A DNA stretch of 64,000 bases from Eledone cirrhosa (taxonomy: Eukaryota), in assembly GCA_964016885.1 (NCBI GenBank), contig OZ024753.1, forward strand, positions 19,778,001 through 19,842,000, in the 5' to 3' direction. Both the position numbers and the translations under genes were made by a program. The notes below the pieces were generated by a model. It was not told the DNA's origin, did no database searches, and saw nothing but the letters and a program-made list of their open reading frames with translations. Each line of letters begins with the position of its first letter. The stretch's first letter is position 1. This document shows, one piece after another, positions 1 through 13,922 of this stretch.

Positions 1-55
1 ATAGAAAGACAAATAGAAAGACAGAAAAAATAAATAAATAAATAGAAAGAAAATA

Positions 56-604
<549 letters not shown>

Positions 605-1051
605 CCGTGTATAATAAATTAATTCAATTCATACAAAGTGATTTAAATGTAGAGAAGAATTGTTTGCTTTTGTTGTTAATTCATTATTATTGATTGCAAA
701 ATAGTATTTGATTTTAAAACACTGAAGCCATTAATAATTTGTTTTCTTTCTACATTAATCATAAATAGAAATATTTAAAAGAGACATTGTATGCTAATGC
801 TATTGCAGACCTTACATTATTGATAAAACAGTAAAAAAACATAGTTTATTTTACCATGCAATCCCCATGAGGAATATAATTCTCTATAGAACATACAACA
901 TTTCATACATTCTACATTAAAGTACATCTTATTAGTCATCCTCTCGCCATATTTGGAGTCCATAATATACTTGTGTGTCTTCTGTTTGTGTCTAGATCTT
1001 ATCATTTGAACACATATATTTCTCTTTCTCTCTATATATCTCTCTCTCTCA

Positions 1052-1495
<444 letters not shown>

Positions 1496-1497
<2 letters not shown>

Positions 1498-1712
1498 CAA
1501 AAGAATTGTGGTAAGCAACCAGATGGACCATAACGCACCAGAGTACTCAATACTTAGGGTAGTAGAGTGGGAAATAGGAAAAAGGTACGAGCTCGACGGC
1601 AGAGCTCAACCCGTTTCGACGGCTATTTCTGAGCTCTGCCGTCGGGGTCATACTGTTTGCAATATATATATATATATATAGGAAAAAGTATGATCCCGAC
1701 GGGGTCATACTT
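1496..1712 (-). mobile_element. Short dispersed fold-back element, family A (copy plus adjacent hairpin remnant)
   Basis: Shares GGACCATAACGCACCAGAGTACTCAATACTTAGGGTAGTAGAGTGGG with copies at ~3025, 8762, 21487, 27431 and 59777; ends in an inverted duplication; flanked by (TA)n. Confidence 0.7.
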
Positions 1713-1716
1713 CAGT

Positions 1717-1754
1717 CCTGTGACATCAGTCCTGGAACTTTTCTGACACACCTC

Positions 1755-1757
<3 letters not shown>
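1717..1757. mobile_element. Solo mariner terminal inverted repeat
   Basis: GTGACATCAGTCCTGGAACTTTTCTGACACACCTCG-TA matches the right end of the 2120-3007 element. Confidence 0.75.
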
Positions 1758-1801
<44 letters not shown>

Positions 1802-1910
1802 GGAGGTGAGTTTTATTGTAGCACAATAAAGCAATACAAATGTTGATGTATATGTTGATTTAAAATGTCACTATTGACAAGTGTTTTTTAAGTTTCATAT
1901 CATGTATCCC

Positions 1911-1981
1911 TATTTTATCTGATGAGAACGCAGATATCATCCCATGATGATATTTGTTTTTGAAATGCGCATAATAAAATA
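1911..1981 (+). ncRNA. Type I hammerhead ribozyme (minimal, PLE type)
   Basis: Stem I TATTTTAT/ATAAAATA; core CTGATGA 1919-1925; 16-bp stem II with one mismatch and several GU pairs; GAAA 1962-1965; palindromic stem III ATGCGCAT; AUA cleavage triplet. Confidence 0.8.
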
Positions 1982-2016
1982 CTTGGAACGCTTTTAACCA
2001 TCTTTTGATCTTATAT

Positions 2017-2119
<103 letters not shown>

Positions 2120-3007
2120 CGAGGTGTGTCAGAAAAGTTCCAGAACTGATGTCACAAAAGAATTACTTCAAACCCAAACTTCACACCAAGAGTTTTCTCC
2201 TTCAAAGTAGTCCCCCTGGAGTATGTAACTGAAATCTTAGCTCTCTGCAACGATCAACTTTTTTCTTCATAATTGTATATACATGTCCTCTGTTTCAGGT
2301 CATCAAGCAATGAGCACCGAGCAACGAACAAACTTGAAGTTTCTGGTATGGTTTGAGAAAACTCCGCTGCAGCAAGTGCATGGAGATGAAACGATGTCAC
2401 GCTCACGTGTTTTTGAGTGGTGCAAGTGATTTAAAGAAGGATGCGAGGACGTGGAAGATGACCCCAGGAGCGGAAGGCCCTCAACAACCAGGACTGAGGT
2501 CAATGTTGAGCGCGGCAGGCACATGGTGCGTAGCGATCTTCGGCTGACTGTTCGACTGATGGCAAATGAGCTGCGCGTGAATCAGGATAGCGACTGGAAG
2601 ATTCTCCCTGAAGATTTGGACATGCGGAAAGTCTGCACGAAGATGGTGCCAAAGCTGATGAACGATGACTAGAAGGGTCGACGCATGCAAGTGTGCCAGG
2701 ACATCCTCGAGCGTATTGAAACCGAACCAGACTTGCTAGGGACAGTCATCACCGGTGATGAGTCATGGATCTTAGAATACGACCCGGAGGGGCCTCATTT
2801 TGAAGACGTAGACGACATCAAAAAGGCCGAGACGACGGAACTGCGGAGGATCCCGGAAGAATCCTTCCAGGAGTGCATGCAAGCGTGGCAGAAAAGGATG
2901 GAAAAATGCAGGGGGATTACTTTGAAGGAGAAAACTCTTAGTGTGAAGTTTGGGTTTGAAATAAATCTTTTGTGACATCAGTCCTGGAACCTTTCTGACA
3001 CACCTCA
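2120..3007 (+). mobile_element. Defective mariner transposon (internally deleted)
   Basis: TIRs CGAGGTGTGTCAGAAAAGTTCCAG... at both ends, flanked by TA; ~100 bp of inverted similarity. Transposase remnants EDDPRSGRPST, RKVCTKMVPK (WVP motif equivalent), VITGDESWI, FEDVDDIK, with stops and frameshifts. Confidence 0.92.
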
Positions 3008-3024
3008 TATATATATATATATAT

Positions 3025-3144
3025 AACGAAGGAAATGTGGTAAGGAACCATGTGGACCATAACGCACCAAAGTACTCAATACTTAGGGTAGTAGAGTGGG
3101 TAATAGGAACGAGTAGGACCCCAGCTTGGGGTCCTACTCATTCC
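3025..3144 (-). mobile_element. Family A fold-back element copy
   Basis: Family A sequence ending in the hairpin GAGTAGGACCCCA-gct-TGGGGTCCTACTC. Confidence 0.7.
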
Positions 3145-3990
3145 TATATATATATATATATTTAAAGGTTAAACAAGGTTCAATGAATAAAACAAAGAAT
3201 GAGTTTTACAATAGATTGGAAGCACTCAACTGTAAAAATGGTTTTCCGGAGTTATTAATATTAATTCAAAATATTTACAAAATAGATATTCTTGTGATCA
3301 AGTATATTTTATTATACATAGTTCAGAGGTACTGAGTTAACTTCAACAGTACGTCCACATCAGATGAAATAAGATGATGCATGACATACCCTGACATATT
3401 AGACGTTAAGATTCAGTCATGGTAGTCCATAATTTTTGATTTAAAGTTATAATATTATAACCAGTAAGTTCTTTGTTAACTTCGATGGGGAGAATTTTAA
3501 AGATTCCTGATTAACTTGGGTTGGAGAACTTTCTCGCATTCGTCTGTCTGTGGCGGTTGTCAAACTGAGATCAGGTTGTGTTGATATGTGTGACTATATA
3601 TAAGAGAGAGATTTGGATGTGTCTGGGGTGTGGCATGTGGTGTTAATGAGTGTTGATGATAATGACGGTCTGGAGGAATTAAAGTATACATACACACACA
3701 CAGACACATAAACACACACACGCACACACACACACACACACACACATACACACACACATATATATAGATAGGTGAGGTTGTAAGATAAAGGTGTTTGAGA
3801 AGGTGGTCGCAAACATACTCTCCTGGTGGTTTTATTTCATTAGCTGACCTTTGATGCGTATATAATGGCATAACTGAATCAACTCTTCCAAATCCATAAA
3901 GAATATCTTCTACACATTTCTATATCAAAGATGAATTTAGGTGCTTGTCTGGATTTTAATGAGGTGTAAGATACATATCTTTTGATAAGA

Positions 3991-4062
<72 letters not shown>

Positions 4063-4086
4063 GAAAAGGTTCAGGACCCCGACGGC

Positions 4087-4409
4087 AGAAAGAGTGAAGA
4101 ATAACATGGTCAACAGTACAAAAAAGGGTTTTATTTACAGTCTAACAATTGTTTCACTGATTAGGTTGTCTAAAAATTGCTGAACACTTGGAGCTGTGCC
4201 ACTAACTTTTAAATACGTTGTTAGCTTAACTAGATCCTCGGAGAAACAGTTTCTCCGAGGATCTAGTTAAGCTAACAACGTATTTAAAAGTTAGTGGCAC
4301 AGCTCCAAGTGTTCAGCAATTTTTAGACAACCTAATCAGTGAAACAATTGTTAGACTGTAAATAAAACCCTTTTTTGTACTGTTGACCATGTCATGCTTC
4401 ACTCTTTCT
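4087..4409. repeat. Long near-perfect palindrome (161-bp arms) with a degenerate hammerhead-like motif; PLE-like fold-back
   Basis: Arms mirror around a4248 (GAGAAAC-A-GTTTCTC). The right arm has CCGAGGA...GAAACAATTGTT-AGACTG followed by AATAAA. Confidence 0.85.
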
Positions 4410-4428
4410 ATATATTTATATATATATA

Positions 4429-7400
4429 CTCGTTCCTGCGAATTATAATGTAAATGCCATTTTTCTGATCTCTCTCCAGCCTATCGGTTCATTCATTCAT
4501 ATTTATTCTATTCTATAATTCTGTCTGGTTGTTTCTAAATAATATTGTATTTTTAACTATATTTTTAACTACCCACTTTTGGCCGAAAAAAAATGCTCGG
4601 GTTGATAAAATGGCCTCTTATATTTACCCCCCGTCCCCAGTATAGCGTGTTACGCGCTAGCTAGTTCACCCCTTCAATCTCTCCCTTCCCCTTCTCTCTC
4701 TCCAAATATAAATAAACCTGTAGCGAGGTAAGAATCCCAGAATTTGTCAACGCTCAAAAATGGTGAGACCTCGTTCCTGCGAATTATAATGTAAATGCCA
4801 TTTTTCTGATCTTTCTCCAGCCTATCGGTTCATTCATTCATATTTATTCTATTCTATAATTCTGTCTGGTTGTTTCTAAATAATCTACTTGTATTTTTAA
4901 CTATATTTTTAACTACCCCACTTTGCTAACTACCCCACACCCCTACCTCCCGCCCCCACTCTCCACCTTATTATTTGGACCAATCACACGTCTGGCTGCT
5001 TTTCGATATGATGGATGGACTAAGGAATTTCAGGAGAGTCTGAAGAATCTGGACACTCGATGACAATGCCAAAGATAACGACAAATTCACCCCATGCTGC
5101 CGGACGAAAGGGCAAGTCCCCCTCCTCTTTGTTTCGGCCGCGGATGGCCAACATAACCCCAACCCCATCCCCCTCACCCATCCCTGCGCCCCATCCTCCA
5201 AACACAATCCAAAACTTCAGAGTTGGTACCATAAATGTAGGCACCTTAAAAGGCCGCTCTAACGAGGTTGTATAAATGCTTGAACATAAGGAGGTTGATG
5301 TTTGCTGTATCCAAGAGACCAGGTGGAGCGGCGGGTCTGCTAGATTCATTGTGGGTAAAAAACGTTGCTATAAGCTCTTCTGGGTGGGAAATGACAATGG
5401 GATAGGTGGGGTAGGAATCATGTTAGCAGAAAAATGGGTGGATAAGATAATAGATGTGAATAGAGTAACTGACAGAATAATTAAAATAAGACTTGTCCTA
5501 AATAGAACTACTGTGACAGTAATATCGGCATACGCGCCCCAATCCGGACTCCCTGGCGCTATAAAAGACAGATTCTATGAGACACTGATGCTCGCTACCT
5601 CCCAAATAACCGACAGTGACTATATAAGTATTGCAGGCGACCTAAACGGTCACGTTGGACAACATTGTGACGGCTATGACGGAATCCACGGAGGCTACGG
5701 GTTTGGTACTAGAAATGAGGAAGGCTCCAGAATCCTGGAATTATGTGATGCAAATAACTTAAGTATCTGTAACACTAACTTCAAAATCGAGACAATCACT
5801 TGATCACCTACAGATCGGGGGAACATACCAGCTAGGTAGATTATATCCTTACCAGAGGACGTGACAGAGTGTCTGTTGTAAACACTAAATTCCTCCCCCA
5901 TGAAGAATGCACCTCCCAACATAGACTGCTAATTAGCGACCTCATAGTCAGGACGAGACGTAATAGACAACAGAAGAGGACTATCCTCAGGAGAAAAATA
6001 TGGAAGTTAAAGGACCAAACAGCCAGAAATAAATTCCAAAGCATGTTACTTGATGCTTTCGACAGTAAGGAAGAGCAATTAGAGTCAGATAATATAGAGG
6101 AACAGTGGGAATTCCTGAAAGCTGACGGCGGCAGACGAAGTCTGTGGCTGGAGCAGGCATGTAGGTAGGAGGAGAGTAACATGGTGGTGGAACAGTAAGG
6201 TGGAGGAGTCAATTAAGGCCAAAAAGCAGGCTTGGAAAATATGGCGGGATGGGGGAAGTAGAGAAGACTATCAAGTGGCCAGGAGGGAAGCTAGGAGACA
6301 AGTGTACTTCGCAAGAAGAGAAGCAGAGGAAAGAAAGTTCAAGCATGTTCTACAACGTGAGGACCAAAAACGTGAGGTGTTCAGGATTGCTAGGCAATGT
6401 GTCAAGGAAAACCGTGATATTGTCGGGGAGAAGTGTGTAATTAATGATGATGGTGTACTTGCCATCACTGACGCTGATAAGAAGGTAGCTTGGAAGTGTC
6501 ACTACGAAAGGCTTCTAAATGAGGAGAATAAATGGGAGAAAGACAGTCTCCCCCACATCGACCCAATAGAGGGACCGGCAGTGTTAGTCGAAGGTAGTAT
6601 AATAAGTAAGGCAATCAAAGATATGAAAATGGGTAAGGCGGCTGGGCCTTCGGAAATAGTTGCTGAGATGCTGAAAGCCTCTGGAACGGTGGGACACACC
6701 ATGGTCACCCGGATAGTAAACCAAGTCATAGAGAATGGGGTTGTTCCGAAGGACTGGCGCAGCAGCATCATCATTAACTGTTACACAGGTAAAGGAGATG
6801 CCCTAGATAGGAGTAACTATAGAGGCATTAAATTAATCGACCAGGTCATGAAGGTCACGGAAAAAGTTATAGCGAAACTAATCAGAGAGAGAATTGATCT
6901 AGATGAAATTCAGTTCGGTTTTGTGTCAGGCAAAAGTACCACAGACGCTATTTTCATTGTACGACAACTACAGGAGAAGTACCTAGCTAAAAGTAAACCC
7001 CTATACTTAGCTTTTGTTGACTTGGAGAAAGCCTTCGACAGAGTCCCCCGTTCCATTATCTGGTTGGCTCTTAGAAAACTAGGTGTTGACGAATGGCTTG
7101 TGAGAGCTATACAAGCCATGTATAAAGAAACAGTCAGCAAGGTTAGAATTAACAACGAATATAGTGAAGAGTTTAGTGTAAAAGTTGGTGTACATCAGGG
7201 CTCTGTTCTTAGCCCCCTACTATTTATTATTGCCCTTCAGGCTATAACAGTGGAGTTCAAGACCAGCTGCCCATGGGAACTCCTATACGCAGATGATCTA
7301 ACGCTCATAGCTGAATCAATGGCCGAGCTAGAGAAGAAATTCCAAACATGGAAGCATGGCCTAGAATCAAAAGGGCTTAAAATTAACCTGGCTAAGACTA

Positions 7401-8725
7401 AAGTTCTAGTTTGTAGGAAAGAAAATAAGGCGACGGTCCCTTCCGGGAAATGGCCATGTTCAGTGTGTAGGAAAGGCGTAGGTAGAAACTCCATTTTATG
7501 TCCCAAATGCAAAGTATGGGTGCATAAATGATGTAGTGGGATCGCAGGTAAGCTAACTAAGAACATAGATTTGACATGTGGCCGGTGCTCTGGTGCAATA
7601 AGTAGCAGCAAGTGCCCACAAATACTAGCTCTTTCAATTGCGCAGAGGATTCTATAGAAATAGTGGATAGCTTTCGTTACCTGGGTGACAAAATCAGCAG
7701 TGGGGGAGGGTGCTCTGAAAGTACAGTAGCTAGAGTCAGAACTGGATGGAAAAAGTTCAGAGAGCTTATACCACTATTAGCCACTAAAGGGCTCTCCCTA
7801 AAAATGAAAGGCAGGTTTTTATGATGCCTGCATACGAACAGCAATGTTGCATGGCAGTGAGACCTGGGCATTGTGTGCAGAGGATATACGCAGACTAGAG
7901 AGGAACGAAGCTTGCATGCTCCGCTGGATGTGTATTAGTAACATACGTGAACGGCAAAGCATAAGCGAACTAAGGAAACAAAATAGAAATAAGAGGGATC
8001 AGATGTTGTTTACTCGAGAGAAGGCTACGTTGGTATGGTCACGTGATGCGCATGAAAGACGACAGCTGTATAACAAAGTGCAGGGCAATAAAGATAGACG
8101 GTAGCTACGGAGTAGGCAGACCCAGAAAGACCTGGGACGAGCTGATAAATTCCGACCTCACACACTTACACCTCTCCAAGACATTGTCACTGGACCGAGA
8201 CCTTTGGCGGTACTCAGTAATAGAGAAGACCCGCCTTACCTAAATACAAAGTAAAACCTACTACAGTCAGTAGGCATCTCTAACAAAATACACCCCCGTC
8301 CCACCACCCCCACCCTATCCACACCGCCCCTTTCAATGTAAAGTTATGTTGGTGCCACAACATCCAGGCCGAAAGAAATGAGATCGTGTAGGTGTCACGA
8401 CAAAAAAACACACAGTCCACGCTGTAATGTGGCCGTGTAGGCAACACGGTAAAAACCTGCCAGCCCCACACTGTAAATGTGGTTGGTGTTAGGAAGGGCA
8501 TCCAGCTGTAGAAAACCCGCCAGACAGTCCACGCTGTAATGTGGCCGTGTAGGCAACACGGTAAAAACCTCCCAGCCCCACACTGTAAATGGGGTTGGTG
8601 TTAGGAAGTGCATCCAGCTGTAGAAAACCCGCCAGACAGTCCTATGCGAGCAAGACAATCACTCTTGCCTCAAGTGGGAAAACCCCCGTCCAAACCCATG
8701 CAAGCGTGGAACACGGACGTTAAAC

Positions 8726-8757
<32 letters not shown>
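4429..8757 (+). mobile_element. RTE-clade LINE, near full length, inactivated
   Basis: APE endonuclease motifs (GTINVGTL, CIQETRW, SAYAPQ, GDLNGHVG), RT motifs (NYRGIKL, FVDLEKAFD, GVHQGSVLSP, LLYADD), C-terminal RLRWYGHV/GRPRKTW, (GAT)n tail 8726-8757. The 5' boundary is uncertain. Confidence 0.95.
5060..8243 (+). pseudogene. RTE endonuclease-reverse transcriptase ORF broken by stops and frameshifts
   Basis: Consecutive ORF pieces 5060-5275, 5276-5803, 5869-6168, 6200-7531, 7612-7824, 7844-8104 and 8043-8243 form one EN-RT polyprotein. Confidence 0.93.
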
Positions 8758-8758
<1 letters not shown>

Positions 8759-8761
8759 ATA

Positions 8762-8990
8762 TAACGGAGGAAGTGTGGTAAGGAACCAGATGGACCATAA
8801 CTCACCAGAGTACACAATACTTAGGGTTGTAGAGTGGGTAATAGAAAAATGTTCAAGACCACGACGGCAGAGCTCAAGAGCTCATCAGGCTTATAAACCC
8901 AACGAAGTCGGACATAGGGAGAATCAGTAAAAAGTTCGTAGACTGCGTTATACCTTGAGCTCTGCCGTCGGGCTCTTGAACATTTTCCTA
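8762..8990 (-). mobile_element. Family A element copy with inverted ends and a CTGATGA motif on the minus strand
   Basis: Family A sequence; inverted repeat 8845-8877 / 8955-8988; TCATCAG at 8882-8888. Confidence 0.65.
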
Positions 8991-9587
8991 TATATATAGA
9001 TATAGATATATATTAATCACAATTACTTATTTACATTTATACTAATATACCCTTATCACATTTAATTAAATACTATTGATTATTTAAAACGAGGTTGATT
9101 AAATATAGTACCAGTTACGTACTAGGGTCGATGTAATCGAATAAAACTGTTGGTCTTGTGCCTAATTCAGAAACCATTATTAACAATATTATCATCATGC
9201 ATAATATTTTGAAAGATAAATAAACTTATTAGAAAGACATTTATCTTGACACGTTCTGGTTAAAATATAACTATTGGAGAAATATAATTGAGCCTCGAAA
9301 TAGATGCATAGGAAGAATATATTATCTGACTAAGAAATATGGGACGACAACAGAAACACATCACGTGGCCTCTATCTGTTCTCTTAATCCGAATAATCCA
9401 TTTACCATTAATAATATGTTTGTGTCAGATTGTGAAGCTGGTGTTTATATCAGATAATATGTTGTATGGATGTTTAGATCTAGAAGTTTAGAACATCACG
9501 TAGATTTTTTTAAAACTGAAATCTCCCTAATAAATGGCAGGTTATTTTCAATCAATTCTCTAATATTAATCAATGTTATTTGTTATA

Positions 9588-9745
9588 GGCGGCGAATTGG
9601 CAGAGCCGCTTGGATGTCGGATAGAGGGATTTTTAATATTTGTTTGACTCTCTGTCTCTCAGTTCAAATCCCGCCATGGTAAACTATACCTTTCATCATT
9701 TCAAGATCTATTAAACAGTACCAGTGTAGAACTGGGTCGATACTT
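9588..9745 (+). mobile_element. tRNA-derived SINE, family S1 (diverged)
   Basis: A-box-like TGGCAGAGCCG, B-box AGTTCAAATCC, body ...CCTTTCATC...GTACCAG. Confidence 0.75.
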
Positions 9746-9936
9746 CCCCTATATCTCTTTCTCACTTCTATTTTCTCACTTTCTCTACAATTCTATAGAA
9801 GAAATCTGTTGTATTCAGACTTGGGGAGGAGATGAACTACGCCAAGTTTTAAAACGCCGTATGTCAATATGGTACCCCGACGACTTCACCAAGAGTTACG
9901 GATCCATACCATAACATATCATTTATTTATTAATCA

Positions 9937-10127
9937 GCGGTGGATTGGCAGTATCAGTAGAGAGTCGGACGCCATGCTTTACAGCAAAGAGTTACGGCCC
10001 TTTATGGTCTGAGTTCAAATCTCGCCAAGGTTAACTTTGCCTTTCATCCTTACGGGGTCGATAAAAAAGTACCAGTAATGTACTGGGTAAATGCTGGCCT
10101 TGTGCCAAAAGTAGAAACAATTATTTA
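9937..10127 (+). mobile_element. tRNA-derived SINE S1
   Basis: TTGGCAGTATC.GTAGAG...GAGTTCAAATC..GCC.AGG...CTTTGCCTTTCATCCTTACGGGGTCGATAAAA...GGCCTTGTGCCAAAAGTAGAAACAATTATT; many copies in the window. Confidence 0.9.
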
Positions 10128-10313
10128 TTTATTAATCTCTTGCACACAAAGATTCCTTATATTGATACAAGACCTTACAATCATATCAGAAATCATTCGA
10201 AAATGGATTAATCACCTTAAAAGCGTGGGTAGTTATTGTGTGCCCCGTGGAGAGATAAATGTAAAGTCGAAAATAACAAGAGGCAAGACATCTTTGTTTT
10301 GACAATGAGTCTT

Positions 10314-10484
10314 ACGGGGGTCGGCTGAAAAGTTCATAACCTAACCAAGATACTCTCATGGTAGACCAAATGAACGAAACGATGCATTTATTAATAAGAA
10401 GAGTTGTAGTTAATGCATGATTTCACAGCTCTAGCATAACTCCTTTTATAATCAGCCTATGAACTCTTTTAGGCCTGCCCTCGT
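10314..10484. mobile_element. Mariner-derived MITE
   Basis: TA-CGGGGGTCGGCTGAAAAGTTCATA...TATGAACTCTTTTAGGCCTGCCCTCG-TA. Related copy at 21957-22153 and a fragment at ~38885-39010. Confidence 0.75.
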
Positions 10485-11959
10485 AAATAACAAATAGTAG
10501 TAATTATCCTGACAGCAGTGTGTCGCTTATTCAACATATTTTTTATATTTGTTTATGACACCTTTATCTAGATTTCAACAACTCTCCATCACATAACTGA
10601 AGTAATTTTATTACAATTGTGTCCTTCCTGACTTATTTTCCTGTATGACAATGTAGTGATGCACTTCACATTTATATTAGCTAAAGTAAAACACATTTGA
10701 GAGCAATGTATTTTTTAGTATTATCAACATTAATTTTCGTTTTTTTTGTCATTGATGTACGTGTTTACTTAGCTGCCTTTCGAAGGCGATATCTTGAAGT
10801 ACGACTTGATAAACTAATACTTGTTGTTAGCATTACAAATAAAGTGTGCCAGAATATATGATCGTCCATCCTCCTACCATTGTGCGTAAAACATTTGTCG
10901 TCAAATTATTCAGTCAACCATGCAAATGTGTTTATTTTGTAGACACTTGTAGTCTTATTCGTTGATCAAAATATCCTCCGAAGTAGCAGACAGATGCGAT
11001 CACCACAGTTGCAGTGATTCAATAATGAAAACAAATACGCCCCTTCCTAAATTATTTCCAAACATGAAAAGATTCTGTAAAAAGAAAGACAACACGATGT
11101 GATAATTAAACAAACAGGAAGCGCTGCAAGCGTAAACAGTTCCACAATGGAAAATACAGAATAAGGTATATCAGCAGCTACAATACCAACAACATGAATA
11201 ACAATTCCCCCTATGCAAATACTTTGAGCTATAAGCAGATCCTTGGTATAATGTAGCTCAGAGTACAGGAGCGTTATGGAACGGTAGCCTTCAAAAGACA
11301 GAGATCCCTTGCTTAGAAAAGGGAAAGGGGGGAAGGTAATTTACATTTATTTTCCAAACAAAAGTGAGGGTTTGCAGTTGGTCGCAGAAAAGATTTGGAG
11401 AGAACTTTGGCTAGTTTGGAGTAGGATGTTTGTCTTATTTAAATTAGCAGATCATATGAATCATACGATCTTTTAGGCAGAACTTGCTCACTGGCAAGAT
11501 GGAAATAATGGATGAAATTAGAATTAAGCCTGAATGCAAATGAGTAGCTGAAAGTCCCTTACTGTTGTCACAGGAGTACTTGAACAATACAGAACGAGAA
11601 CCAGCATACTATACAAGATGTGATGGGAATGAAATAGAAATAACTATAACCACAAACTAACAGACTTTGGTCGAATTAAACCAGTCCACACAATATGTGA
11701 AGTGACTTCTTAGATCAACAAAACTCACAGATGTTCACTATCAATTTGTAAAAGTTGTAAAAGTTAATCGGAGAAGATCGTCGGAGTGGTGATGTTACCT
11801 GATCGTGTTGCTCTTACTTTTGTGCAATGTTTTCTGTCTCTCTTTGCATTATATATGTGCCCCCACGTCCCTTATAAATAAATATAAATGTGCGTATGTA
11901 TGTAACCAGAAAAAAAGTAAAAAATAACTAGGACAACGTGTTTTGTGATCTAAAGTTAC

Positions 11960-12340
11960 ATCTCTTTACGTTCTACGTTCAAATTACGTCGAGGTTAGCT
12001 TTGCCTTTCATTCTTGCGGGGTCGATAAATCAAAGTACCAGTAACGCAATGGTGTCGATTTAAACGACGACTCCCCCCCCCCCCCACCAAAGTCAATGGC
12101 CTTCTCCCTGAATTAGAACCCATTATTATTATTACTTATTAAAGGCGACGGATTGGCAGTATCGGTAGAGGGTCGGACGCCATGCTTTCCAGCATAGTTA
12201 CGTCCCTTTACGGTCTGAGTTCAAATCCCGCCGAGATTAACTTTGCCTTTCATCCTTACAGGGTCGATAAAATAAAGTACCAGTAATGTACTGGATAATT
12301 GATGACCTTGTGCCAAAAGTGGAAACAATTATTATTATTA
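11960..12340 (+). mobile_element. Two tandem SINE S1 copies
   Basis: 5'-truncated copy ~11960-12132 followed by a full copy 12143-12340, each ending in (ATT)n. Confidence 0.88.
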
Positions 12341-13340
12341 TTTATTTTATTGACTTATTTATTTTCTCATGATCATCCATGACCACCATCCACATCGACA
12401 TATGTTTTGGGACCATATCGATTTTCTAATATCTCCCAGACACTAAATAATGACATATTAAATTACATTACATTGAAACTAAAGTTGTTTTTTTTATATA
12501 TTTATATTCCTTTTAATCTATTTTTATCTATATTATCAAGAATAAATATTTCTTTTTTTTCCTATTTTTCTTTATTTTTTCCTTGTTTCTTCAGGATGTC
12601 GTCTTCCCGACTTTAATATAAATAGGGAGCACCAACAATATTCTTAATAACATTTCTTATATTATGAGATATGAAATTTGTTGACACATAAGAAGCAAGG
12701 CAACGTTTTTTGTATTTTATTATTATTTATCTATTTATTAATAATAGCTGTTTAGAATTAAAACTGTCCGCCTAAAATGACGGGGTCAACATAAATATTA
12801 ACTCATAGTTTCAGACTGAAGAATTCACTTAATTATATTACCGTTTAATATGATAAATACGTCATTTTATGCAATTTTTTCAGAACGATAAAATAAAATA
12901 TATTTCAATTTCTTGAGAATATAATATAGTTATATGTGTTTATATGCTTTGGTTAAGTAATTCATTTTATAGGCGTGTTATGGCGTCTTATCAAAACGTG
13001 ATGCATAAGAAATAAAGATTGAAGTGATGAGAAAACTGAAAACGAGAGAGAGAGGTGAGAGAGAAAATAGATAGATAGACACAGAGAGAGACAAAGAGAA
13101 AGATTCTGCTATAGATGATGAATATATGAGGTATATATGGGCTATATCATCATTGATGATATAGCAGATATGACAGAGTGGGGCTCCAGGAAAATAACTC
13201 TTATAATATCTTCATATTTATTTTTATAAGTGAATGCAATAAATGTTCATAAAGTGATGATAATATGGTGCAGGGATTTCGCGCGATTCTGTATATATAT
13301 GATTCAAATATCACGCGCACATATATATAATATAATATAT

Positions 13341-13812
13341 TTGCTTCTACTTTTGGCACAAGGTAGGAAATTAATCAGTACATTACTGGTACTTTATTTC
13401 ATCGGCCCAGTAAGGATGAAAGGCAAAGTTAACCTCGACGGGATATAATATAAAACAATATAATATAATATAATATAATATACTGTAATGACATATAAAT
13501 AATATAATATAATATAATATAATATACTGTAATGTAATATAAATAATATAATATAATATAATATAATGTAAGACAGTATAATATAATATAATATTACCCA
13601 GCAATTACCCAGTACGTTACTGGTACTTTATTTTATCGACACCCATAAGGATGAAAGGCAAAGTTAACCTCGGCGGGATTTGAACTCAGATCGTAAGGGG
13701 ACGTTACTATGCTGGAAAGCATGTCCGACCCTCTACCGATACTGCCAATTCACATAATGTAACGCAATATAATATAACATAATTGTTTCTACTTTAGGCA
13801 CACGGCCAGCAA
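13341..13812 (-). mobile_element. SINE S1 fragments interleaved with (ATATA)n-like pentanucleotide repeats
   Basis: Reverse-strand S1 pieces at 13341-13443, 13595-13750 and 13781-13812. Confidence 0.85.
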
Positions 13813-13922
13813 TAACATAATGTAACAAAGTATAATATAATATATGATATAATATTATATACTATAATATACTATAATGTAACACAATATAATATGATAT
13901 AATATGATATGATATTATATAA

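Noticed and set aside
6200-7531. Active stand-alone reverse transcriptase gene (retron or DGR-like system)
   Set aside because: It is the central fragment of a stop- and frameshift-riddled RTE LINE with an upstream APE domain and a (GAT)n tail.
10980-11780. Possible decayed LINE ORF1-like coding relic
   Set aside because: Purine-rich and coding-like, but no open frame or recognisable motif supports a call.
12816-12870. CTGAAGA as a hammerhead core (likewise at ~22214, 39284, 39338, 57488)
   Set aside because: No properly placed GAAA plus complementary stem I could be built.
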